Source of the DNA: Polyangiaceae bacterium
Lineage (GTDB): Bacteria; Myxococcota_A; Polyangia; Polyangiales; Polyangiaceae
Length of the DNA: 64,000 nucleotides
Reading direction: 5' to 3'
Assembly (NCBI GenBank): GCA_050287085.1
Contig: JBNKBE010000024.1
Coordinates: 1-64,000 of the forward strand
Both the position numbers and the translations under genes were made by a program. Below, piece by piece: positions 9,567 through 20,231 of the stretch. A model generated the notes under the pieces. That model was not told the DNA's origin and made no database searches. It saw nothing but the letters and a program-made list of their open reading frames with translations. How positions within the stretch are numbered: position 1 is the first letter of the stretch; each line of letters opens with the position of its first letter.

Positions 9567-10876
9567 GACTTACCACTCCGACTGGAAGCCACCGCCCATT
9601 GCTCAATCGCCAATCCGTCGTCCACCTGTTGCCAACTCCGCTCACCACGGCCGAGCGGACGCCTGAGCTGAGCCAAGACTTGAGCTATTCTACCGGCGAG
9701 CAGGAATCGTTCACTCGGCTCGACTTCAGCGGTGAGCCGGCGCGTGAGCTCGGCCAAATCGCTCGCTCCCAAGTCCAGTTCCGCTTTGACGGCCAGCGCC
9801 AGATCGTCCATCGGATCGGCCGGTGCGTCCGTATCAACGACTTCGGTATCGCCACGTTTGGGACGCCTCACGGGGGGCGGCTCGCCAGCGGCGGCGACGT
9901 CGCGCAGCAAGGTCGGAGAAGGTGCAGCCGCCACCGTCAGTGCAATTCCGCGCCCCCCTTCGGCGATCAGTGTGCGCAGACGATGACTGATGGCGCGCGC
10001 TGGATCGAGACGCACGATGTCTCGCAGATAGCGATGCACATAGTCGTAGTACTCAGACCAAGCGCGCTGTCTTTCCGTCCCCCACGCCGCAATGCGATCG
10101 ACCTGCTCCGCCGTCCGCGTCACCACCTGCAGCGTTTGGTCCGCACCATTGTCCGCCGCCAAGTCCCGCAGCTCAGCAAGATGCTCCTGCAGCGGGCGGG
10201 TGTCGCGAAGCAACACGTCATTGAGCTCTCGCAGCGTACGGGCTACTTGGTCTAGCAACGCCTGACACTGCTCAACCGCGCCGAACCAATCAGCCCGCAG
10301 CAACTCGCCGATCTCCCTCTGAAAGACCTCCTGACGCTGATCGAGACCACGCTGGCGCCGCTCGACACCATCCAAGAGGTCCGCTCCTGAGACGGAAAGC
10401 GGTAAAGCCACGCTGCGGTTGAGCGCCTCAGGTGACGTGTCCTGGAGGGCGGCTTCGCGCAGGTTCCCAAGCAGTCCCTGCAAGGTACTGGTGAGCACCG
10501 CTAGAGACTCCGAATCAAGGGCCTCTTGTCGTGTGAAGAAGTCCACAATCGCTTCGGCCAGGCGCGAAAGGGCAAAGCGACCGCTGCGCAGCACGCCCGC
10601 CGCGTCCACTCGCAGGAGCAGGCGTTGTTCGCGCAGCCGAGCGATCGCGGCGGTCGCACGCAACGCCGCCATTTCGGCGCCCGGCTCGCTCACGCAAAGC
10701 ACCGAAAAAAACGCGTCGACAAGTTGCTCCTCGTCGAAGTCCGGCGCGCCAGCGACCGCCGACCGTCGGTGCAGATAGGCCAACATCATGATGTCCGAGG
10801 TCTGGAGACTGAGCTTTGGCGCCTGCTCCGCGAGGGTGGCCAAGAAGTGGTGATGGTCGCTTCCGGACTCGGTCAT
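9563..10876 (-). CDS. mukF: Kleisin MukF
   Basis: EEQLVDAF, AIARLREQRLL, LLRADWFGAVEQCQALL, DRIAAWG..W..Y..YVHRYLR resemble MukF. ATG at 10876; the stop overlaps the mukE start. Confidence 0.88.
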   Translation of the reverse strand: MTESGSDHHHFLATLAEQAPKLSLQTSDIMMLAYLHRRSAVAGAPDFDEEQLVDAFFSVLCVSEPGAEMAALRATAAIARLREQRLLLRVDAAGVLRSGRFALSRLAEAIVDFFTRQEALDSESLAVLTSTLQGLLGNLREAALQDTSPEALNRSVALPLSVSGADLLDGVERRQRGLDQRQEVFQREIGELLRADWFGAVEQCQALLDQVARTLRELNDVLLRDTRPLQEHLAELRDLAADNGADQTLQVVTRTAEQVDRIAAWGTERQRAWSEYYDYVHRYLRDIVRLDPARAISHRLRTLIAEGGRGIALTVAAAPSPTLLRDVAAAGEPPPVRRPKRGDTEVVDTDAPADPMDDLALAVKAELDLGASDLAELTRRLTAEVEPSERFLLAGRIAQVLAQLRRPLGRGERSWQQVDDGLAIEQWAVASSRSGKS

Positions 10877-11062
10877 GAGGACAGGAGATCCCAGGGTGGG
10901 AACGGTGGATCCGCGGGTATAGCAGGAAGCCCACGCTCGCGCTTCAACCGATCCGAAGTGATCTCCGCCCCCTTTCCCGGCCAACAAGTCGACCTACCCT
11001 TTGCGCGCCGACCCCCGCGGCGCAAGAGCTCCAAAGAGCCCGTAGGCTGCTATGACCGCATT

Positions 11063-12100
11063 ATGGAGCTGCTCCTGCCCCGTCCTGATGATTGGCACCT
11101 GCACCTGCGCGATGGTCAACAATTGCGATCAGTTGTTGCTCATTCAGCGCTCCAATTCGCTCGCGCCATCGTCATGCCAAACCTTCGCCCGCCGGTGACG
11201 ACGGTGGCCGCCGCGATGGCGTACCGAGACCGCATTCTTGACGCGCTGGGTCCCCTCCCGTTTGAGCCGCTGATGACGCTCTACCTTACGCCCAACACGA
11301 CGCCCCAGGACGTCGTTGAGGCCGCCGCCTCCCCGCACGTACACGCCATCAAACTCTACCCCGCGGGTGCGACCACCAACTCCGACGCCGGGGTTTCCAG
11401 TCTGGACGCCCTCTCGCCCGTTCTCGCTGCCATGCAAGAGTGCGATCTTCCCTTGCTCGTCCACGGCGAAGTGACGACGCCGGACGTCGACATCTTTGAT
11501 CGAGAGGCGCGCTTCATCGACGACACCTTGGCTCCGCTGGTTGCAGCCTACCCGCAACTGCGCGTCGTACTCGAACACGTGACGACCGAAGAAGGTGTGC
11601 GTTTCGTTGCCACGGCACGCCCCGGCGTTGCAGCTACGATCACCCCCCAGCACCTCATGTTCAACCGGAACCATCTATTCCAGGGAGGACTGCAGCCCGA
11701 TCTCTTCTGCCTCCCGGTCCTGAAGCGAAAGCGCCACCAACGCGCCCTGCTCGACGCTGTCGTGACGCGCAGTCCACGCTTCTTCCTGGGTACGGATAGT
11801 GCACCTCACGGACGGTCGAAGAAATACGCGCCCTGCGGCTGCGCGGGTGCCTACAGCGCCCACGCGGCCCTAGCGCTCTACGCCCAGGTTTTTGAACAAG
11901 CAGGAGCGCTCAACGCGTTGCAGGGGTTCGCGTGTGAGTACGGCGCGGACTTCTATCGATTGCCTCGCAACACAACTACCGTGCGCCTCGTGAAAGAGTC
12001 GTGGCGCGTGCCGGACTCCTATCCGCTCGGCGACGAAGAGGTGACGCCACTGCTAGCCGGACAAGAGCTTGCCTGGCGCCTCTTGCCGCCCGGCGCCTGA
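11063..12100 (+). CDS. pyrC: Dihydroorotase (E. coli type)
   Basis: PDDWHLHLRDG, VMPNL, KLYPAGATTNS, LVHGE, CLPVLK, FLGTDSAPH. Confidence 0.96.
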   Translation: MELLLPRPDDWHLHLRDGQQLRSVVAHSALQFARAIVMPNLRPPVTTVAAAMAYRDRILDALGPLPFEPLMTLYLTPNTTPQDVVEAAASPHVHAIKLYPAGATTNSDAGVSSLDALSPVLAAMQECDLPLLVHGEVTTPDVDIFDREARFIDDTLAPLVAAYPQLRVVLEHVTTEEGVRFVATARPGVAATITPQHLMFNRNHLFQGGLQPDLFCLPVLKRKRHQRALLDAVVTRSPRFFLGTDSAPHGRSKKYAPCGCAGAYSAHAALALYAQVFEQAGALNALQGFACEYGADFYRLPRNTTTVRLVKESWRVPDSYPLGDEEVTPLLAGQELAWRLLPPGA

Positions 12101-12165
12101 ACGCCATCCGCCACCGCCGCGAGCCCCACCCCGCCCAGATTCAATAGCGCCGGCCCCCGCACGCG

Positions 12166-12519
12166 CTACCAGGCCGACATCGGTCCGAGGTCGACCACGT
12201 CGACGAACCCGGCCGCTTTGAGCGCTTCTGCCGCCTGCGCGCTGCGCCGACCGCTGCGACAATACACGACCACGCCACGCGCCTTGTCAGTCCCCAGCTC
12301 CCCCATGCGCTGGTCGAGTACTTGAACCGGAATGTTCTTGGCGCCCTCGATATGCCCTCCGGCGTATTCCTCTGGCGTTCGCACATCGATGAGCCATGCA
12401 CCGGCTTCAACGCGTGCGTGCGCGTTCGCGCTTGCACCCGTACTGGGACGACGCCCGAACACCCAATAGGCCAGAACGAGCGCTACGACGACAATAGCGA
12501 CTTGGAGTGCTGAAGACAT
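12166..12519 (-). CDS. Membrane-anchored rhodanese-like protein
   Basis: N-terminal TM helix; IDVRTPEEY..GHI.GA.NIP; active-site loop VYCRSGRRS. Confidence 0.88.
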   Translation of the reverse strand: MSSALQVAIVVVALVLAYWVFGRRPSTGASANAHARVEAGAWLIDVRTPEEYAGGHIEGAKNIPVQVLDQRMGELGTDKARGVVVYCRSGRRSAQAAEALKAAGFVDVVDLGPMSAW

Positions 12520-12689
12520 ACACGGACTCTAGCGACAACGCCCTTGGGGTACAACTGCGTCAAGACGGATGGAACCCGCGTCCGAAGGGGCGTCGCTGAG
12601 GAGCCGCGGCTGGGCAAGTCAGTCGCGAGCCCGTCGAGAACGCCCCAGCCAGAGGATCGGCCAGCGCATGACTTTCCCATTCGCGGGCC

Positions 12690-14699
12690 CTAGGGAACGC
12701 ACTCCGGCAAGCGGGGAGCGAAATAGCCCAATCTGAGGGGCTGTTCTTTGCGATGGTAGGCGTCCTGACGCGCCATGACCCCGCGGAGCAAGTCGGCCAA
12801 ACGCGCGCGCCTCGCGGACTCCCTAGGACCGAGATCCACTTGCTCGTCAGGATCACGTTCGAGATCGAATAGCAAAGTGCGATCACTTTCCACATCGCGC
12901 ACCAGCTTATAGGGCCAGCACACGAGCCCCTCCATGCTTCGAAGCCCCTGGATGTTCAACACGATCGCGCGTCCGTCCGATTGGACACGACCCCCGGCGA
13001 ACAACACTTGCCCCTGATGCGCTGGATGGGCTGGCAGCCCGAGCAATGACACAATGGTGGGCAACACGCTCAAGGTGGAAACGGGCACGTCGCTGAGCTC
13101 GGGCTCGAGCGTTTCGGGCCAAGAGAACAGCAGTGGAACGCGCGCTTCTTCCTCGAAGAGCGACCGCCCATGGGTGACCATGCCGTGCTCATGAAACAAC
13201 TCCCCATGATCCGACGTGACCACGATCAACGTGCGCTCGAGTTGTCGCCTACGCTCCAGCTCCCGGAGCAGGGCTCCGATCTGGGCATCGGCATAGTGCA
13301 GGGCGTTGAGGAAGCGATTGCGCGCGTTGCCAACCAACGCGCGTGGGTAGCGCAGGTAAGAGAAAGCGCCGGGTTCCAAGTCGTCTGGAACGTGGAGCCG
13401 CTCGAAGGACTCGGGACGATTGTAGGGGAAATGGGTTGCCTGAAAATTCACGTACAGCCCCCAGCGCCCGGACTGCGAGGCGATCCATTCGATGGCGCGT
13501 TCGGCCGTGATGTGATCCGGAACAATTCTCTCACTGCCGATGCTGAAGTGTCGTCCCTTGTGATGGAGCGCGTTCCAAAACAGATGAGATGGTGAGCCGG
13601 CTTGAAATCTATCCATCCCCTGCCAGCGTTCATCTTGGCTGGTTATGCTGGCTGTGGCGTATCCAAGGTGCCCCAATACGTCATTCCAAAGCACCCGCGG
13701 GTAGTCGAGCCGCCGATAGGTATCGAGCCCCAACCCGCGGCGCGGGACAAGCGACGACAAGAGCGCCATCTGGGCGTAGTTGGAATGTGTGGCCGTGGTC
13801 CACGCGCGACGAAATACGACGCTGCGACGGGCCAGCTCGCTGAGGTTGGGCGTGGTCCGCTCGTCTCCGCCCCACGGCGCGAGCGCTCGTGCCGGCACCG
13901 ATTCGAGCTGGATCAGCAACACGTTGGGCGCCCTAGGTCCCACGTCTGCGGTCGCCTTCCACATAGCCGAAGCAGAGCGGGCTGGTCCCAGGCGAGCTCG
14001 CAGTTCGAAGGATGCATCCTCGGCGTCAGGTTCCTCAGGCGGAGGCTCCAAGGACCGCAGGTAGCTCCCGTATAGCGCCTGCTCGGGCGTGAGCGCGACC
14101 GTTGGCAGCCGCGCCGGCACGGTGGGGCCGACCCACAGCAGGGCTCCCGGTCCAGCTCCCAAGGCGAGCCGACGCCAACCCGCGCCCCCCTGACCGCGCC
14201 CCGGCGCTGACGCCAGGGCGAGCCCCCCTGCAACCAGCAGCCACACCCCGAACAACAAGAGCAACTGCAAGCCATACGACGACAGCAGCACGGCCCCCAC
14301 GTGAGACGCGCTATTGGCGGCAAAGTGCAGCGCCCCGATCGTCAAGTAGCTCCCCGATTCCAGACGAAAGAGCAGCGAGATGACATGGCCTGACGCGAGC
14401 CCGCCGCCTACTAGACCAAGAGCCACGCGCAAGAGGCCTTCGCCGACGCTCAGTCGTCCCGTCACCCCAAGCAGGGTACCAGCCAGCAATCCCGCTCCGG
14501 CGTACGCCAAAGAAAGCTCAACCAGCGCCCCCAAGCCACCACCCACCGACGGAGAGACGGCTCCGTTGCCGCCCACGCTGGCGTCGCGCGCGAGGAGCGC
14601 CAGGTCAAGGCAGGCCAGAAGCGCTCCCAGCAGGGCATAGCGCTGGGCACCGAGAAGGGCCCATGCCGCGATGGATTTCCTTGGGTCGTAGGTAGTCAA
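12690..14699 (-). CDS. Membrane protein with sulfatase-fold / LtaS-like transferase domain
   Basis: About five N-terminal TM segments; PNVLLIQLES, TPNL, THFPY, TSDHGE, RVPL. The CxPxR formylglycine motif is absent. Confidence 0.8.
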   Translation of the reverse strand: MTTYDPRKSIAAWALLGAQRYALLGALLACLDLALLARDASVGGNGAVSPSVGGGLGALVELSLAYAGAGLLAGTLLGVTGRLSVGEGLLRVALGLVGGGLASGHVISLLFRLESGSYLTIGALHFAANSASHVGAVLLSSYGLQLLLLFGVWLLVAGGLALASAPGRGQGGAGWRRLALGAGPGALLWVGPTVPARLPTVALTPEQALYGSYLRSLEPPPEEPDAEDASFELRARLGPARSASAMWKATADVGPRAPNVLLIQLESVPARALAPWGGDERTTPNLSELARRSVVFRRAWTTATHSNYAQMALLSSLVPRRGLGLDTYRRLDYPRVLWNDVLGHLGYATASITSQDERWQGMDRFQAGSPSHLFWNALHHKGRHFSIGSERIVPDHITAERAIEWIASQSGRWGLYVNFQATHFPYNRPESFERLHVPDDLEPGAFSYLRYPRALVGNARNRFLNALHYADAQIGALLRELERRRQLERTLIVVTSDHGELFHEHGMVTHGRSLFEEEARVPLLFSWPETLEPELSDVPVSTLSVLPTIVSLLGLPAHPAHQGQVLFAGGRVQSDGRAIVLNIQGLRSMEGLVCWPYKLVRDVESDRTLLFDLERDPDEQVDLGPRESARRARLADLLRGVMARQDAYHRKEQPLRLGYFAPRLPECVP

Positions 14700-14924
14700 G
14701 AGCAGTCGAAGCAGTTCCGCGCGGAAGCACCGCGTGGGGGGCTCCTACCGAGAACCCAGGCGCGGGGCAAAGCGTTGCCGGCTCAGCCCGGGCCCGAGAG
14801 ACGGACCCGCAGCCCAGTATGGGTCGTGATCCGACGTCTAGGCCGGTCCGCCCTGACGTCCAGCGCGTCACCTGGCCCGACCGAGACGAGCACCGATACG
14901 CTCCGAGCTCTACACTCCCAGACC

Positions 14925-16166
14925 ATGGGATCGCGACGAGCATGGCTCGAACACACAGCCAGCTTGGGCTGGGCTGCACTCATCGGCTGCAACCAAGACG
15001 AGAAGTGGAACGCGGGCGGCCACGAGGCAGCCGAAGATGCTGCCATAAAACCGGACGCGCGCGCGCCGACGCCCCATGAGGCCCAAGGCCCCGACTGTTC
15101 GGACGCCGCGCCGTGGAAGCGACTCGGCGCCATTCCCTTTGCCGACGCTCTGGAGGTCGACTTCGGCAAGCTGCGAGGAGAGGGCTGGGACGCGCGCCTG
15201 TATACGGATCTCACGCGGCTCTCTGAGGACGCGCTCCTCACCTCGAATGAAGAATTCTATATTCGCACCGACTACCCGGACACGCTAGAACCAGGGAGCC
15301 TTTGGGACCTCGAGCTCGGCGGACGAGTCATGAGCCCGCGCGCTCTCAGCTACGATTGGCTGCTGGAGCGGACGAAGAGCCAGGGGGTCGTCCTGCTCGA
15401 ATGCGCGGGCAACCACCGGAGCGGAGGCTTTGGTCTTATGAGCGCGGCGCGCTTCTCCGGCGTGAGCGTGGAGGAGGTCATAGCCGAGGTCAACCCCACC
15501 CCGGACGCGACGCGCTTGCTTTTCACCGGATACGATATGCACAGCGTTCCGTCGGTCGGGGGGCATTCGACCCCGGGCGCCAGCTGGAGCTTCACACCGG
15601 AAGAGTTGATAAATGCCGACGCCTTCATTGCCACCGGAATGAACGGCGCGGCTCTTCCGCTCCGACACGGATTTCCTTTTCGCCTGGTCGTTCCTGGCTG
15701 GTACGGCTGCTCAGCGATCAAGTGGCTGCAGAGTATCGTGTGGGAACGCGGAGACGCCCTCGCCACCTCACAGATGCAGGAGTTCGCGGGGCGCACCCAC
15801 CAGACCGGGACGCCGGCGCGCGCGAGCGACTATCGCCCAGCGGTGATTGAACAAGCCGCCATGCCGATTCGACTCGAGCTGGTAGAAGATGAACACGGAA
15901 AGTTCGTTCACGTGATCGGGGTTGCCTGGGGCGGAGCGAAGGCGCTGTCGTCGCTTTCGCTGAGCGTCGACGGAGGCAACCAGTACGAAGCGGTCGCACT
16001 CTGCCACGCTCCGTCTTCGGACGCCACATGGAGGCTTTGGTCCTATGTTTGGGAGCCCCCGAGAAACGGATTGTATGCGCTGCGCTGCCGAGCGCCAACC
16101 GGCGTCCCGATGCAACGCCTCGACGCTGGGCGCTACGAGCGCTCGGTGACAATCGACTACCTCTAA
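14925..16166 (+). CDS. Molybdopterin-dependent oxidoreductase, sulfite oxidase family; probable Tat lipoprotein
   Basis: MGSRRAWL...LIGC signal; FYIR; LECAGN (Mo-ligating Cys); HGFPFRLVVPGWYG..IKWL; C-terminal Ig-like domain. Start inferred. Confidence 0.82.
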   Translation: MGSRRAWLEHTASLGWAALIGCNQDEKWNAGGHEAAEDAAIKPDARAPTPHEAQGPDCSDAAPWKRLGAIPFADALEVDFGKLRGEGWDARLYTDLTRLSEDALLTSNEEFYIRTDYPDTLEPGSLWDLELGGRVMSPRALSYDWLLERTKSQGVVLLECAGNHRSGGFGLMSAARFSGVSVEEVIAEVNPTPDATRLLFTGYDMHSVPSVGGHSTPGASWSFTPEELINADAFIATGMNGAALPLRHGFPFRLVVPGWYGCSAIKWLQSIVWERGDALATSQMQEFAGRTHQTGTPARASDYRPAVIEQAAMPIRLELVEDEHGKFVHVIGVAWGGAKALSSLSLSVDGGNQYEAVALCHAPSSDATWRLWSYVWEPPRNGLYALRCRAPTGVPMQRLDAGRYERSVTIDYL

Positions 16167-16203
16167 GGCCCCTGCTGCTAAGATCCCTGCTGCCACTCGC
16201 CGG

Positions 16204-17472
16204 TCACCTGGCGCGCACACCGGGTACGGGCAGCCCGCGATGATACACTACGCCGCCACGCAGGTCCCCAAATACATTGCCCCCCACCGCCCAAACTCCG
16301 CCGGAGGGATCGACCCAGGCGGCGTGCAAGGTCTCGGGCCAAAGGTCAATACCGGTGTCGACAAGATACCAGCCTAAGCCCGTGGAACGGTAGATGGTGC
16401 CCGCCAGCCCCATCACCCACACCCCCGCCGAGTCCAACGCTACCCCCTGAAGCAGAGGAGCGTCCTCGGGCGTCAGAACGCGCGCCGTTCCCCTGCGATC
16501 CCAGCGGAGAGCCACTCCTAGCAATCCACCGCCCAACGTCCAGACGAAGTCGCTGTCGCCGCCCAATCCGACCAACTGCTCGCTGACACCGGAGTTCAAG
16601 AGCTCGAAACCGCTGTCGGCATTGCCGCGAAGCACCACGCCGCTACCGCCCACGGCCCACACATCAGGGCTGTTCATCCCTGGCAACCATCTTCCCCATA
16701 CTTTGAACAGCCCCGCCGCCTCGCCTGTGGTGGATTCCGGTGGAAGCGTCGGCAAGGCGACGACGTCCCAACGCTCCGCTTGGTAGTGCCACATAAAAGC
16801 GCCGCTCTTGTCGGCTCGCCCGACCACGTAGAGCTCGTCTTCGCCCGCGCCCCATATTCCCCAGATTTGCTCGCGACCGCTTCCCGGCGGCTCGAGCAGC
16901 TCGAACACCCCCCCGCGGTCGCGCAGCAACGTTCCCCGCGAGCCCCCAATGAACGCCATCGACTCGCTGACAGCGTGCACCCACCAGAGGTCGACCCCAT
17001 ACAGGCCAGTGTTCCGGCGCTCCCAGCGGCCGCCCTCGAAGCGCAGCACCACCGGCCCATTGCGATCATTGGCGCCCACTATCCACAGATTGTCGCGCGC
17101 TTTGCCGTGCACAGAAAGCAGTGCCGCGTCGGGCCAGTCTACGGCTAGCTGCCAATGCGAGGCGTCGTCGAGCGTTCCCCGTAGCGCCCGCTCGGACGAG
17201 GGAGCGCCGGCATCCGGCTCGGACGCAGCGCTGGACGCAGGGCGCAAAGCCCGCTCCACGCCTCCGTCGCCACGCGCGGGCCCAGCCGCGTCAACCCATG
17301 GGCGCCCCGCACCGGCAGCACCGCTGTCCTTCCCCGGGCCGCCGCGGCCGGGCTGCGTCTCCGACGCCGTTCCGCCACGGTCCGCTGCATTGCAGCCGGC
17401 AAGTGTGGCCAGCAAGACGACCCAGCACCTTGCCGCAGGCAGCCGCCCCCCGCCAAGACTCCGTCGACCCAT
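16204..17472 (-). CDS. Hypothetical lipoprotein with beta-propeller-like repeats
   Basis: Lipobox LAGC; repeated (L/W)xxVxG....D(V/L)WxVG..G blades. Confidence 0.65.
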   Translation of the reverse strand: MGRRSLGGGRLPAARCWVVLLATLAGCNAADRGGTASETQPGRGGPGKDSGAAGAGRPWVDAAGPARGDGGVERALRPASSAASEPDAGAPSSERALRGTLDDASHWQLAVDWPDAALLSVHGKARDNLWIVGANDRNGPVVLRFEGGRWERRNTGLYGVDLWWVHAVSESMAFIGGSRGTLLRDRGGVFELLEPPGSGREQIWGIWGAGEDELYVVGRADKSGAFMWHYQAERWDVVALPTLPPESTTGEAAGLFKVWGRWLPGMNSPDVWAVGGSGVVLRGNADSGFELLNSGVSEQLVGLGGDSDFVWTLGGGLLGVALRWDRRGTARVLTPEDAPLLQGVALDSAGVWVMGLAGTIYRSTGLGWYLVDTGIDLWPETLHAAWVDPSGGVWAVGGNVFGDLRGGVVYHRGLPVPGVRAR

Positions 17473-17719
17473 CAGCGGACCCTAGCGCACCCGCTCGCCC
17501 GGACCTCTGGAAACCAACGTCGACACCCTGGTGAAACACGCGTGGGAGCTAGCTTTCCCCTTCCGCGGCCCATCAGCCGACCCTGGCCTCCAGATGCCCT
17601 CACAGCGAGTCCCCACGCAAGTCTTTGTGGCCGCGACGCGACTCGAAATTCTATAGGGGGCCTGGCGCGTGCGCCGTGCTCTTGCAAAACCCCGTACCTC
17701 TGCAACAGGACCGCCTCCG

Positions 17720-19357
17720 ATGAACCATTCATCCCAACGCTCTGGCTTTGCCCAGCGTGCTGAAGTCAAAGCCCTCACAGCTCACCAGGCAGCGCTTGCT
17801 GCCACCCCAATGCGAGCTCTCTTCGCCCAGGACCAAGAACGCGGAGCCCGTTTCAGTTTGGAAGCGGAAGGCCTGTTCTTCGACTACTCGAAAAACCTGG
17901 TCACAAGCGAGACCCTCGACCTGCTGGTAGCGCTCGCAGATGCCTGTGGGCTGAAACAAAAGATCGAAGCCCAGTTCAGCGGCCAACGCATCAACTCCAC
18001 CGAAGACCGGGCGGTATTGCACACGGCGTTGCGTTGCCCGGAAGGAGCCGTCGTGGAGCTGGACGGTGAAAACGTCGTTCCAGCGGTCATCGCCGTGCGC
18101 AAACGAATGGCGGACTTCTCCCGGCGAGTGCGCAATGGAGACTTTCGAGGTCACACGGGCCGCGCGATCAAGAACGTGGTCAACATTGGGATCGGGGGCT
18201 CAGACCTGGGCCCGGTGATGGCGTACGAGGCGCTGCGTCACTTCGCGAGTCGCGACCTCGTCGTCCGCTTCGTCTCAAACGTCGACGGAACGGACTTCCG
18301 CGAGGCGGTCTGGGATCTTGACCCAGAAGAGACGCTCTTCGTCGTTTGCTCCAAGACGTTTACAACTCTGGAAACCTTGGCGAACGCTCGCGCCGCGCGA
18401 GAATGGTCGCTTGCCAAACTCGGCGACGCCGCGGCGGTTGCCAAACACTTCGTCGCGGTGTCGACCAACGCCGAAAAAGTCAAGGAGTTCGGCATCGCGC
18501 TCGAAAACATGTTCGAGTTCTGGGATTGGGTCGGCGGACGCTACAGCTACTCGTCTGCGATCGGCTTGTCCCTAATGATCGCCATTGGAAGTGAGGCCTT
18601 CGAAGACATGCTTGCGGGCTTCCACGCGATGGACACCCACTTCCGGACGGCACCTCTGCGCGAGAATGCCCCCGTGCTACTAGGGCTGTTGGGCGTTTGG
18701 TACAACAACTTCTGGGGTGCCGACAGCCATGCCGTCTTGCCTTACGATCAATACCTCGGCCGTTTCCCCGCCTACCTCCAGCAGCTCGATATGGAGAGCA
18801 ACGGCAAGCAGGTCACCCACGACGGAACACGTATAGACTACCAAACGGGACCGATCGTCTGGGGGCAACCGGGAACCAACGGTCAACACGCATTTTACCA
18901 GCTGATTCATCAGGGTACCAAGCTCATCCCCTGTGACTTCATCGGCTTCTTGCGGAGTCACAACCCGGTAGGGCCGCAGCACGACTACCTGATGGCGAAC
19001 TTCTTCGCCCAAACCGAGGCTCTCGCCTTCGGCAAGACCGAGGAAGAAGTGCGACAAGACGGCGTGGTCGAAGCCCTGGTGCCCCACAAGGTGTTCAACG
19101 GCAACCGTCCGACAAACACCTTGTTGTTCGACGAACTCACCCCGGCGGTGTTGGGTAAACTCGTCGCATTGTACGAACACAAGGTGTTTGTCCAGGGAGT
19201 GATCTGGGACATCAATTCCTTCGACCAGTGGGGCGTCGAGCTTGGAAAGGTGCTCGCGACGCGCATCATCTCAGAGATGTCCACACAGGGCGTTGAACTC
19301 GGTCACGATTCGTCCACGAACCAGTTGCTGCAGCGCTACCTCCAGCGCAGACGCTGA
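17720..19357 (+). CDS. pgi: Glucose-6-phosphate isomerase
   Basis: [51 protein letters not shown]. Confidence 0.97.
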   Translation: MNHSSQRSGFAQRAEVKALTAHQAALAATPMRALFAQDQERGARFSLEAEGLFFDYSKNLVTSETLDLLVALADACGLKQKIEAQFSGQRINSTEDRAVLHTALRCPEGAVVELDGENVVPAVIAVRKRMADFSRRVRNGDFRGHTGRAIKNVVNIGIGGSDLGPVMAYEALRHFASRDLVVRFVSNVDGTDFREAVWDLDPEETLFVVCSKTFTTLETLANARAAREWSLAKLGDAAAVAKHFVAVSTNAEKVKEFGIALENMFEFWDWVGGRYSYSSAIGLSLMIAIGSEAFEDMLAGFHAMDTHFRTAPLRENAPVLLGLLGVWYNNFWGADSHAVLPYDQYLGRFPAYLQQLDMESNGKQVTHDGTRIDYQTGPIVWGQPGTNGQHAFYQLIHQGTKLIPCDFIGFLRSHNPVGPQHDYLMANFFAQTEALAFGKTEEEVRQDGVVEALVPHKVFNGNRPTNTLLFDELTPAVLGKLVALYEHKVFVQGVIWDINSFDQWGVELGKVLATRIISEMSTQGVELGHDSSTNQLLQRYLQRRR

Positions 19358-19367
19358 GCTCCACTGG

Positions 19368-19404
19368 CAACGCCGTGCTCGTATCAAAACTGAGCACGGC
19401 GTTG
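19368..19404. other. Perfect 13-bp inverted repeat just after pgi (stem-loop without a U-tract)
   Basis: CAACGCCGTGCTC-N11-GAGCACGGCGTTG. Confidence 0.6.
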
Positions 19405-19604
19405 GCGGAGCCTCCCTCTGCGGCCCGCGGCTGTGCCAGAGTCTCCCGACGCAGCGCCGCGCAAAGGGTGCGCACTCCGCCGGCCGGCCCCCGGCGCATG
19501 CGGCGAGGGGCAGAGCGGAGTGCTGTACCGTCTGGGTGTAGCGGACACTGCGTCAACGCGCGAGGCTTGCGCCGCCAAAGTGGGAGCGTAGTATCGGCAG
19601 CAAC

Positions 19605-20219
19605 ATGGGATTCCCCGAACCTTTCTTCCGTTGGCGACCACATCCTTGGCACGGCCTTTCGATCGGCAAGGATGCGCCGCGTGTCGTGACCGCCTACATC
19701 GAGATCACCCCCTTCGACTCGATCAAATACGAACTCGATAAGACGACGGGTTACCTGCGTGTTGACCGTCCTCAGCGCGGCTCGGCCCAGCCACCAGCGC
19801 TCTACGGTCTGATCCCCAAGACCTATTGTGGCCGGCACACGGCCGCGCTGACGGGGGGGCTCGCGGAACACGGGGACAACGATCCGCTCGATATCTGCGT
19901 GATTGCTGAACGGCCCGTCACTCGAGCCGATATCATTCTCAACGCGACGGTTGTAGGCGGACTGCAGATGATCGACGGCGGCGAGGCCGACGACAAGATC
20001 ATCGCTATCCTTGAGAACGACCTCGTGTGGGGCAAGTGTCGTGACATTCACGAGTTGCCAGGAAATGTTGTCGAACGCCTCACCCACTACTTTGCGACCT
20101 ACAAGCTCGTGCCAGGCAGCGACGCCAAGTACCACGTAGCCAAGACCTACGGCTGGGAGCACGCAAAACAAGTGATCGAGGCGGCCCAGGCCGACTACGC
20201 CGAACAGTACGGCGACTGA
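19605..20219 (+). CDS. ppa: Inorganic pyrophosphatase, family I
   Basis: [43 protein letters not shown]. Confidence 0.92.
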   Translation: MGFPEPFFRWRPHPWHGLSIGKDAPRVVTAYIEITPFDSIKYELDKTTGYLRVDRPQRGSAQPPALYGLIPKTYCGRHTAALTGGLAEHGDNDPLDICVIAERPVTRADIILNATVVGGLQMIDGGEADDKIIAILENDLVWGKCRDIHELPGNVVERLTHYFATYKLVPGSDAKYHVAKTYGWEHAKQVIEAAQADYAEQYGD

Positions 20220-20231
20220 GCCCAGCGAACC

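Noticed and set aside
4144..10876. Wadjet/MksBEFG anti-plasmid system
   Set aside because: No JetD/MksG TOPRIM nuclease is adjacent, the motifs match MukB/E/F, and the context is housekeeping.
12166..16166. Sulfur-oxidation cluster (rhodanese, sulfatase, sulfite oxidase)
   Set aside because: The sulfatase-fold protein lacks CxPxR and looks like an LtaS-type transferase, and the genes are not one operon. The adjacency is probably coincidental.
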